Below, in pieces: positions 16,012 to 23,720 of a stretch of DNA of 27,863 bases. This DNA comes from a virus (taxonomy: Duplodnaviria > Caudoviricetes). The stretch lies in IMG/VR virus record IMGVR_UViG_3300029822_000864, positions 1 through 27,863 of that record. The stretch is one strand, 5' to 3'. The notes beneath the pieces are model-generated. The model was not told the origin of the DNA. It searched no databases and saw nothing but the letters and a program-made list of their open reading frames with translations. Each line of letters begins with the position of its first letter. The first letter of the stretch is position 1. The translations under genes and the position numbers were made by a program.

Positions 16012-17651
16012 TTGCTTTCCTCTTTGTTCCACGACTCTCCGTACAGTTCGGAATTGTTGTCGGAAAGTTTCAGCACCATGTTGTCCGCCAGTATCCTCCG
16101 TGTGCCCTCCGGGTAGGAGTCCTGCTTGTCAAAGGCGATGAACACCTGCTTGTCTGTTCCCGCATATATCCTCATGATGCCGTCGATGGCTCCGTTGCTG
16201 ATGTTCTTCGGAATCAGCGAGTCGTGCGCTATGGCGGGAAGCGCCGTCAGATACAGAATGGCAAGGTCGTACAGTACCATGCCCTTGTAGTTCGTGCCGG
16301 TTCCCGTGTCGTCCGGCGTTTCAAACGTATAGCTGTTGTAGCTGTTGAAATGCAGCCGCGGAGCCTTGCGTACATCGGAGTAGAGGGAGTCGTTGAACTG
16401 CTTCATCTTCGCGTTGACGTCACGCTCTATATCCGCAAGGATGCTTGTTATCGCCGATTTGAGCGTGTCATCCGCATGCTTCTTCGCGTCCTGCAGATCC
16501 TGCTGCGTCAGCCAGGCATCGTTCTGCGCCTTGAGCGCGTCGATTCTTCCCTTGAGTTCGGAATGCCGGTCGAGGAACTCCTTCGATACGTTCCCGACGA
16601 ATCCGAGCTCCTTTATCTGATTCCGTACCTTCTGCAGCTGCTCCTGCAGGGCGGATATCTCTCCCTGCACCTGCTCCTTTTCAACGGAGAACTGGTTGTC
16701 CAGTATCTTCGCGAGCTTGCGGTGGTAGCGTTCCACCTCGTACAGTTTCCTGATGTTCATCAGCGGGAAATACTCCTGCAGAGCGGACAGGTCCGCCTCC
16801 GTCGGGTACAGTCCGGATTCAAGGCTCATGTCGAGAAGTGTGAGCCGCCGCTGCTTCGTCTGTATGTCCGTTTCAAGTCTCAGCCTCTCGGCATCGAGCT
16901 GTGACTTGAGGCGGACTTTTTCTATATCTTCCGTGTCACGGATCTCCGTGGTCTCCGTGACGAGGTTGTCCAGTTCGGTTTCCAGTGAACGTATCTTCGC
17001 CAGGTTCTCCTCGTACTGCGTTTTCCCGCCGACGAGGTCGGGGACGAAACGGTACCGTCGTGCCTCCTTGAATGCGGAGAGCTTCTTTTTCTGCTCCTCG
17101 AGCTCTGTGCTGAAGGCTTCGATGTCCTTGTACCGGTCGAAGAGCTTGACGAGGACGTCGATTGACCTTTGCATGCTCTCGCCGGGAAGTCCCTGCAATG
17201 GTCTGCGTTCGTTGAGATTCTCCTTGCCGTAGATGCGGAAGAAGCTGCTGACCTCTTCGCGGAAGGAAAGTCCCGCGAAGTCGATGTGGTACTGCTTCTG
17301 CAGCCAGTCGCAGAACTCATGCTTCTTCCAGACGGTGCCCGTCAGGTTGTAGCTTTCGTCGCAGACCTGAATTTCGTCAGCCGATGACGTGTTTCTGGCG
17401 AAGTGGTACGGCTTCCCTTCGAATTCAAAGGTGAAGTAGATGGTGTGTGCGCCGATGTGCTTCACGCCGTCGCTTTCAAGATAAGTGTCTCCGCCGAATA
17501 CGAAATCGATGGCGAGCAGGGCTGATGATTTGCCGATGGAGTTCTCGCCGTCGTTCTTGCCGAGCACCGCGTTCAGACCCTTCTTGAAGCGGATCGGCGG
17601 ACGGGGATTTCCCTTTTCCCGGAACACCGGGGACGTCATTTCCACAAGCAT
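16008..17651 (-). CDS. SMC/Rad50-like ABC ATPase of an ABC-three-component (Lamassu LmuB-like, DUF2326-type) system
   Basis: N-terminal FKKGLNAVLG...NSIGKSS Walker A, long coiled coil, divergent signature DTGTGT, Walker B-like AIAHDS, QVFIAFD. Confidence 0.82.
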   Translation of the reverse strand: MLVEMTSPVFREKGNPRPPIRFKKGLNAVLGKNDGENSIGKSSALLAIDFVFGGDTYLESDGVKHIGAHTIYFTFEFEGKPYHFARNTSSADEIQVCDESYNLTGTVWKKHEFCDWLQKQYHIDFAGLSFREEVSSFFRIYGKENLNERRPLQGLPGESMQRSIDVLVKLFDRYKDIEAFSTELEEQKKKLSAFKEARRYRFVPDLVGGKTQYEENLAKIRSLETELDNLVTETTEIRDTEDIEKVRLKSQLDAERLRLETDIQTKQRRLTLLDMSLESGLYPTEADLSALQEYFPLMNIRKLYEVERYHRKLAKILDNQFSVEKEQVQGEISALQEQLQKVRNQIKELGFVGNVSKEFLDRHSELKGRIDALKAQNDAWLTQQDLQDAKKHADDTLKSAITSILADIERDVNAKMKQFNDSLYSDVRKAPRLHFNSYNSYTFETPDDTGTGTNYKGMVLYDLAILYLTALPAIAHDSLIPKNISNGAIDGIMRIYAGTDKQVFIAFDKQDSYPEGTRRILADNMVLKLSDNNSELYGESWNKEESK

Positions 17652-17866
17652 GAGTACACCTCGCCTTCATCGTTGATATCCACGGCACGCAGTGCATAAA
17701 GGCAGTCCATGACGGAAAGGAAATCCGACGGATCGCTCAGCGCGCCGCGCATGCCGGTGAACAGCTCCTTCACGGGAACAGCGCCCTGCTTCAGACGTTC
17801 GAGGACCGCTGGAATCAGGGCAAGTGTGCTTTCACTGTAGGAATAGAGCTTATTGGGCATCTGCAT
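17636..17866 (-). CDS. ABC-three-component middle component (LmuC-like small protein)
   Basis: 76 aa with M..PNK..SY.ES and DCLYAL..V; overlaps both neighbours, between the effector and the ATPase. Confidence 0.78.
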   Translation of the reverse strand: MQMPNKLYSYSESTLALIPAVLERLKQGAVPVKELFTGMRGALSDPSDFLSVMDCLYALRAVDINDEGEVYSCLWK

Positions 17867-18983
17867 CGAAAACCTCGCATTTCTCTATGAAGAACGCCAC
17901 GACTATCTGGCAGAACAGATCCTCCTGCAGGGTGACGCGGTGAATGCGCTCGCTGATCTCCGTGAATATCTCCAGCTTCGATTTGCCGGCCTTCTTCAGT
18001 TTCCTGTAGAAGGCGTGCATCTGATCCTGCACCTCGTCGTAGTCAATCAGACCGCGCTTGTCGGCGCTGACCATGATGTCGCGAATGCTCTTGTAGTACG
18101 TCGTGACGTAGAGACTGACGGTCGTGTACAAGGCCATGTCGGTTGCCGGGCTGATCTTCCTCTTCAGTTCGACCGGTTCGTATGTTGCGCCGGACAGTTC
18201 CTTTTCTCCGAGCTTGCGGATGCGGCTGATGACACCGATGATTCCCTTCTCGAGAGGCAGGCCGCTGAGAAGTTTTGTGCTCTGCTGATGTGCAGAGAGG
18301 AGCTTCTTCGTCATCTTCAGCTCCTTGCACAGCTTCTTGTTGGAATCAAGCAGGTAGGTTGCGTGGCACTGCGGACACATTGCCAGAAGATTTTCAGGAG
18401 TTGCCGGCGCGGTTTTATCGATCAGGCTTACCTCGTATGCGTAGGAGATTTTGCCACCCTTAGTCAGCACAAGTTCGCGCCCGCACCCGGGAAATGCACA
18501 GTGGTTTTCCTCTTCTGCAAGCAGATAGTCTCCGTACCTGCTTTTCAACTGTGCATCAAGTTGCTGCTGTTTCTGCTTCGTCAATTCGTCCTGCGGAACG
18601 AGCCCGGCGGAGACCTGGATCATTTCAACCAGCCAGTCCGTCACCTTCTCGGCAACGTTGTCTGCATCAATGTCCGGGTCGTAGCCTCTCAGATCTTCGG
18701 CAAGCAGCCGTCGCTGTGCTTCACCATGGCTGTTGATGCTTTCGATGGTGTTCTCCGGAGTGAGCCTGTAAACGATGGTCTGCGCCGACTTCTTCGGAAG
18801 GCCTCGCTTCGCATAGCTGCGCAACGACTTGTCTTTTCCTTCCTGCGATGGATCTTTTGATGTTCCCCATTCATCCTCGGAGACCTCTGTCAGCATGGCC
18901 ATAAGATCGCGGAAGAAGTAGGGCACATCATGACCATCGGACAGGTGCTTTTTCAAAATCTGGAACAAGGTCTTGAATTCCAA
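17850..18983 (-). CDS. ABC-three-component first protein (LmuA position): unknown N-terminal domain, degenerate HNH/Zn module and ABC-3C-type C-terminal domain
   Basis: TTG 18983 with AGGAGG 8 nt upstream (377 aa); CAFPGC...ENLLAMCPQCH; ends in FFIEKCEVFD. Confidence 0.75.
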   Translation of the reverse strand: MEFKTLFQILKKHLSDGHDVPYFFRDLMAMLTEVSEDEWGTSKDPSQEGKDKSLRSYAKRGLPKKSAQTIVYRLTPENTIESINSHGEAQRRLLAEDLRGYDPDIDADNVAEKVTDWLVEMIQVSAGLVPQDELTKQKQQQLDAQLKSRYGDYLLAEEENHCAFPGCGRELVLTKGGKISYAYEVSLIDKTAPATPENLLAMCPQCHATYLLDSNKKLCKELKMTKKLLSAHQQSTKLLSGLPLEKGIIGVISRIRKLGEKELSGATYEPVELKRKISPATDMALYTTVSLYVTTYYKSIRDIMVSADKRGLIDYDEVQDQMHAFYRKLKKAGKSKLEIFTEISERIHRVTLQEDLFCQIVVAFFIEKCEVFDADAQ

Positions 18984-19010
18984 TGCCGGCCCCTCCTCTC
19001 TCGGATTTTT

Positions 19011-19040
19011 GTACCACGCCGTACCATGCCGTACCAAACC
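19011..19040 (+). repeat. Three 10-bp-phased direct repeats GTACCAnnCC
   Basis: gtaccacgcc gtaccatgcc gtaccaaacc at 19011, 19021 and 19031. Confidence 0.9.
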
Positions 19041-19122
19041 ATCCCCAGATCGAAAGTCTCGATTTCGTATATTAAAGGCGGCTCCGGGAGCAGGTGCGTG
19101 AAAGCGCAGTCATACGCAATTA

Positions 19123-19151
19123 ATATTACCACAATCCTGTTCAGAAGTCAA
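19123..19151 (-). promoter_or_regulatory. Sigma70/SigA promoter for the leftward defence operon
   Basis: Minus strand TTGACT-17 nt-TAATAT with an extended -10 TGn. Confidence 0.7.
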
Positions 19152-19392
19152 ATTTTATGTTTGCGATAAGGACGTATGCCGAATCGCATCCGGAGTCCGC
19201 TGAACGGGCGGATTCCACCCCGTCCCCATGGCGCGCCGAGTGATCGACGGCGGCTCACGCCTCAGGGCGGACAACTGAACATGTGACGGCGATCCGATGA
19301 GCAGAAACGCCGCAATCCCGGAATGGAGACTTCATCTCCATCAGCGGACTGCGGTCAGTATTCCTGCGCCCTTTTTCAGACGCGGACGCCGT

Positions 19393-19430
19393 GAGAAGCC
19401 TCCATTCCCAGCACGAATGGAGGTCTTCTC
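19393..19430 (+). promoter_or_regulatory. Hairpin sequestering the RBS of the sigma-like gene
   Basis: GAGAAG-CCTCCATTC / loop CCAGCAC / GAATGGAGG-t-CTTCTC forms a 15-bp stem that ends 2 nt before ATG 19433. Confidence 0.7.
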
Positions 19431-19432
19431 AA

Positions 19433-19822
19433 ATGAAGGTAAGTTACGAATTCGCGGACGGAACCACGTCCGAAGTCGAGGTCAGCGAAGAGCTCGGCAC
19501 CATGATTATCGGCTCCCGCACCGCCGAGGAATCGGCGGACAGGAAGGAGCGCCGCCACTGCTGGTCGCTCGACGCGATCCTCTACGAAGGCACGGAATAC
19601 GGCACGCAGGATGACGATCCGGCGGAGAAGCTCAGGCAGGAGGAACTGCACGAACGCATAAGCCGCGCCTTCTCTCATCTCACTGCAATCCAGCAGCGGC
19701 GCATCCTCATGCTCGCCGGCGGCCTGTCGGAGCGCGAAATCGCACGCCGGGAGGGAAAGGACTTCAAGACCGTCCACGAGTCCATCGAATCCGCACGGAA
19801 AAAATTCAAGAAGTTTTTCTGA
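19433..19822 (+). CDS. Sigma-70 region 4-like HTH protein (phage early regulator)
   Basis: LT..QQRRI.M...GLSEREIARREG....TVHESI..ARKK. Start at ATG 19433 with GGAGG RBS (129 aa). Confidence 0.82.
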   Translation: MKVSYEFADGTTSEVEVSEELGTMIIGSRTAEESADRKERRHCWSLDAILYEGTEYGTQDDDPAEKLRQEELHERISRAFSHLTAIQQRRILMLAGGLSEREIARREGKDFKTVHESIESARKKFKKFF

Positions 19823-19916
19823 CAGACACCCCATCAAAACACCCTCGGAATGTCCGTATAGCGAAGGAGGCAATCCCGCCTCCCTCGTGCATACGAAGAA
19901 AGCGAGGTAACAGCAC

Positions 19917-20129
19917 ATGAAACATGCACTCACCATCAGCGTCGCACGGAAACCGAAGGACGACGGAATCGCCGCCGTGCGCAGCCTGACCGTCAGGGAA
20001 CGGATGCTCCGCTTCCTGCTCGGAGACAAGAGGCACGTCACCGTCATCGTGCCGGGAGACAGCGTCGAGGAACTGGCCATCAGAGAAATGAAGGAGGACA
20101 CGGATGAAGCTCTACGAGATCAACACTGA
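19917..20129 (+). CDS. Small phage hypothetical protein
   Basis: GAGG RBS, co-oriented with and overlapping the next gene. Confidence 0.75.
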   Translation: MKHALTISVARKPKDDGIAAVRSLTVRERMLRFLLGDKRHVTVIVPGDSVEELAIREMKEDTDEALRDQH

Positions 20130-20619
20130 AATCCTCCGCCTGACCGACCAGATCGAGTTCGACGAGGAGACCGGCGAAATCCTGTGCGACATCGACAGCA
20201 TCCAGAGCCAGATCGACAGCCTGCAGATGGAGCGTCACTCCATACTCTCCTGGCTGGCGAAGCTCATCCTGAACCTCCGCTCCGAGGAGGCGGCTCTCAA
20301 GGCCGAGGAGGCAAGGCTCAGGAAACGGCGCGAACGGATCGCACGCAAACAGGAGCGCCTGATGCACATCCTCGACCGGGAATGCGCCGGCCGGAAGACC
20401 GACCTCGACGTGGCGACCTTCTCCTACCGGAAGACAAGCCACGTGGATGTATCCGACGCGGCGAAGGCGGTCCGGTGGCTCAAACGCAACAAGCACCCGG
20501 AATGCTACCGCATCCCCGAACCCGAAGTCGCAAAGACGGAAGTCAGGAAACTCATCAACGCGGGAGCGAAGGTGCCGGGCGTCACCGTCGTCGAGGACTA
20601 CTCCTGCCAGCTCAGATAG
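20104..20619 (+). CDS. Siphovirus Gp157 family protein
   Basis: MKLYEI...DEETGEI, coiled coil, FSYRKT..V, K.E..K.I..G..VPG. Confidence 0.85.
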   Translation: MKLYEINTEILRLTDQIEFDEETGEILCDIDSIQSQIDSLQMERHSILSWLAKLILNLRSEEAALKAEEARLRKRRERIARKQERLMHILDRECAGRKTDLDVATFSYRKTSHVDVSDAAKAVRWLKRNKHPECYRIPEPEVAKTEVRKLINAGAKVPGVTVVEDYSCQLR

Positions 20620-20636
20620 GAAGGAATGAACCGAAA

Positions 20637-21602
20637 ATGCTGAACATCACAAAGGGCAGAATCGACCGCGCCCAGAAGACGGTCATCTACGGTCCGGAGG
20701 GCATCGGCAAGACAAGCCTCGCCGCCCGCTACCCGGACCCGCTCATCATCGACACCGAAGGCGGCACAGCCCACATGGATGTGCGACGCATCGACAAACC
20801 GCAGACATGGGAGGAACTCCTCGCAGATGTGGACGAAGTCGCGGCGACGCCGGGCATCTGCAGGACGCTCGTCATCGACACCGCGGACTGGGCGGAGCAG
20901 CTCGTCATCACATACGTCTGCAACAAGTACAAGCAGAGCAGCATCGAATCGTTCGGCTACGGCAAGGGCTACACCTACCTCGCCGAGGAGTTCTCAAAGC
21001 TCCTCGCCGCCTGCGACAAGGTGATCGCCGCGGGAATCCACGTGGTCATCACGGCGCACGCCAGGATGCGCAAGTTCGAACAGCCCGACGAGATGGGCGC
21101 GTACGACCGCTGGGAGCTCAAGCTCAGCAAGCAGGTCGCACCGCTCCTAAAGGAATGGGCGGACTTCCTCTTCTTCTGCAACTACCAGACCTTCGTGGTC
21201 ACATCGGAGTCAAACACGGCGAAGGCACAGGGAGGCAAGCGCGTCATCTACACGACGCACCACCCCGCGTGGGACGCCAAGACCCGTGAACCGCTCCCCG
21301 AGGTGGTCGACCTCGACTACCGGAACATTGCAAAGCTCTACGAAAAGCCGGCCCGGAAGGCATCGGCAGAACCGGCCGATCCTGCGCCCGGTCAGGCGAC
21401 GCCGCTCGACCGGCTCCGCAGCCTCATGGCGGAGGCGAACGTCACTGACGCCGACGTGCAGAAGGTCGTCGCATCCAAGGGACACTACGACATCTCGGTT
21501 CCCATTGCGGAATACCACGAGGAGTTCATCACGAAATGGGTTCTCAGGCACTGGAACCAGATCCTGAAGCTCATCAACGCAGACCACACGCATCTTGATT
21601 AA
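20637..21602 (+). CDS. Phage AAA ATPase, Sak4-like single-strand annealing protein
   Basis: IYGPEGIGKT, DTEGG, TLVIDTAD, GYGKGY, ITAH, EWAD. True start MLNITKG at 20637. Confidence 0.85.
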   Translation: MLNITKGRIDRAQKTVIYGPEGIGKTSLAARYPDPLIIDTEGGTAHMDVRRIDKPQTWEELLADVDEVAATPGICRTLVIDTADWAEQLVITYVCNKYKQSSIESFGYGKGYTYLAEEFSKLLAACDKVIAAGIHVVITAHARMRKFEQPDEMGAYDRWELKLSKQVAPLLKEWADFLFFCNYQTFVVTSESNTAKAQGGKRVIYTTHHPAWDAKTREPLPEVVDLDYRNIAKLYEKPARKASAEPADPAPGQATPLDRLRSLMAEANVTDADVQKVVASKGHYDISVPIAEYHEEFITKWVLRHWNQILKLINADHTHLD

Positions 21603-21617
21603 GGAGGATCTTCAATC

Positions 21618-22118
21618 ATGGCAGATTACATGAACAGCAATCAGAACGCGGGAATGGACTGGAACGACGCCATTGAGAACGACGGCCAGGAGTTTATCAT
21701 CCTTCCCGAAGGCGACTACAACTTCACGGTCACGGGTTTCGAGCGCGGACGCTTTCCCGGCTCGGCGAAAATGAGCGCCTGCAACAAGGCATCGCTCACC
21801 CTGCAGGTGCAGACCGACGACGGCACGGCCATCGTCCACACCGACCTTATTCTCAACAGGCTCCTCGAATGGAAGATCAGCGCGTTCTTCCGGTGCATCG
21901 GCCAGAAGAAGCACGGTGAAAGGCTCGTCATGGACTGGAATCGTGTGACCGGCAGCCGTGGACGCGCCCATTTCAAGCCGCGCACATACACGGACCGTGA
22001 CGGCAACGAACGTCAGGCGAACGACGTGGACAGGTTCATCGACTACGACGAGAAGTTCTTCCCCGAAGAGGACGAGTGGATGACGGTCTCCGGCGACGAT
22101 TCCGAGCTTCCGTTCTAA
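21618..22118 (+). CDS. Phage ssDNA-binding protein-like (DUF669-type)
   Basis: F.ILPEGDY.F.V; acidic tail ending DDSELPF; follows the Sak4-like gene. Confidence 0.75.
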   Translation: MADYMNSNQNAGMDWNDAIENDGQEFIILPEGDYNFTVTGFERGRFPGSAKMSACNKASLTLQVQTDDGTAIVHTDLILNRLLEWKISAFFRCIGQKKHGERLVMDWNRVTGSRGRAHFKPRTYTDRDGNERQANDVDRFIDYDEKFFPEEDEWMTVSGDDSELPF

Positions 22119-22130
22119 AGGAGGCGCGAC

Positions 22131-23711
22131 ATGTTTCAGCTGAGACCATACCAGGCCGAGGCGAAGCAGGCGATCCTTTCCGCATGGGACGAGGGGCAGC
22201 GCAGAACGCTCCTCGTCCTCCCCACGGGGTGCGGTAAGACGGTCGTCTTCGCATCGGTCGCAGAAAACCAGGTAAACAGAGGGCACCGCGTGCTCATCAT
22301 GGCGCACCGCAGTGAACTCCTCGAACAGGCGGCCGACAAGCTCAGGGAGGCGTCAGGTCTTGACTCCGTGCTGGAGAAGGCGGAGTCCACTGCTCTCGGC
22401 AGCCGGGTCCCGGTGACGGTCGGCTCCGTGCAGTCGCTTGCACAGGAAAAGAGACTCGCCCGGTTCCCGTCGGACTACTACCAGGACATCATCGTCGACG
22501 AGGCGCACCACTGCCTTTCGGACAGCTACCAGCACGTTCTGGAGCACTTTCCGCAGGCGAACGTCCTCGGCGTGACCGCCACTCCCGACCGGGGAGACAT
22601 GCGCAACCTCGGCGAATACTTCGACAGCAAGGCATACGAGTACAGCATGCCTGACGCCATCCGCGACGGCTATCTCTGCCCGGTCAAGGCGCAGATGATC
22701 CCGCTCGAACTCGACATCAACAATGTGGGCATATCAAGCGGCGACTTCGCCGCCGGTGAGATCGGACACGCACTCGACCCGTACCTCGAACAGATAGCAC
22801 AGGAGATGCTCCACTACTGCAGGGGACGCAGGACGGTCGTATTCCTTCCGCTCATCGCAACATCGCAGAAGTTCTGCCGGATGCTCAACGACGTCGGACT
22901 CCGCACGGCGGAGGTCAACGGGAACTCCGGCGACCGCTCGGAGATCCTCGCGGACTTCGAGAACGGCAGATACGACGTGCTGTGCAACAGCATGCTGCTT
23001 ACCGAAGGCTGGGACTGCCCGTCGGTCGACTGCATCGTCATCCTCCGGCCGACGAAAATCCGCAGCCTGTACCAGCAGATGGTAGGACGCGGAATGCGGC
23101 TGTCTCCGGGCAAGGAGGACCTTCTGCTCCTCGACTTCCTGTGGCTTTCCGCACGGCACGACCTGTGCAGACCATCCGCGCTCATCAGCAGGGACGAGAA
23201 AATCGCGGAAATGATCGACAAACAGATTCAGGACGACGGGGACGGCATCGATCTCATCGAAGCCGAACAGCAGGCGGAGCGCGACGTTCTCGCGGAGCGT
23301 GAGAACGCCCTTGCAAAGCAGCTCGCCGAGATGCGGGCACGCAAGCGCAAGCTCGTCGACCCGATCCAGTACGCGCTCAGCATTGCCGCCGAGGACCTGA
23401 CCAGCTACGTTCCCACCTTCGCGTGGGAAATGGCGCCGCCGACGGACAAGCAGCTCGCCTTCCTCGAACACCGGGGAATCTACCCGGAGAGCATTCAGAA
23501 CGCGGGGCTCGCTTCGCTCCTCATCGACAGGCTCAAACGCCGCCAGGAGCTCGGACTCGCGACACCCAAGCAGATCCGATGCCTGGAACGATACGGATTC
23601 CGGCAGGTCGGAACCTGGACGTTCACGGACGCAAGCTCCCTTATTTCACAGCTCGCTGACAACCACTGGAGAGTCCCTTACCGGATCGATCCGGACACAT
23701 ACAGACCATAG
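22131..23711 (+). CDS. Phage DEAD/DEAH-box helicase
   Basis: LRPYQ, PTGCGKT, DEAHH, TATP, LTEGWD, QMVGRG.R. Confidence 0.92.
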   Translation: MFQLRPYQAEAKQAILSAWDEGQRRTLLVLPTGCGKTVVFASVAENQVNRGHRVLIMAHRSELLEQAADKLREASGLDSVLEKAESTALGSRVPVTVGSVQSLAQEKRLARFPSDYYQDIIVDEAHHCLSDSYQHVLEHFPQANVLGVTATPDRGDMRNLGEYFDSKAYEYSMPDAIRDGYLCPVKAQMIPLELDINNVGISSGDFAAGEIGHALDPYLEQIAQEMLHYCRGRRTVVFLPLIATSQKFCRMLNDVGLRTAEVNGNSGDRSEILADFENGRYDVLCNSMLLTEGWDCPSVDCIVILRPTKIRSLYQQMVGRGMRLSPGKEDLLLLDFLWLSARHDLCRPSALISRDEKIAEMIDKQIQDDGDGIDLIEAEQQAERDVLAERENALAKQLAEMRARKRKLVDPIQYALSIAAEDLTSYVPTFAWEMAPPTDKQLAFLEHRGIYPESIQNAGLASLLIDRLKRRQELGLATPKQIRCLERYGFRQVGTWTFTDASSLISQLADNHWRVPYRIDPDTYRP

Positions 23712-23720
23712 GAGGTTTTC

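Noticed and set aside
7489-18860. Long plus-strand ORFs (7489-8481, 12249-13460, 14563-15753, 17853-18860) antisense to defence genes
   Set aside because: They mirror well-supported genes codon for codon and have no recognisable motifs.
19290-19312. CCGATGA-GCA-GAAAC as a hammerhead ribozyme core
   Set aside because: It deviates from CUGAUGA, there is no room for stem II, and I found no convincing stems I and III.
20184-20636. N-terminal extension of the 472-aa ORF
   Set aside because: It overlaps Gp157 in another frame; the AAA protein starts at ATG 20637.
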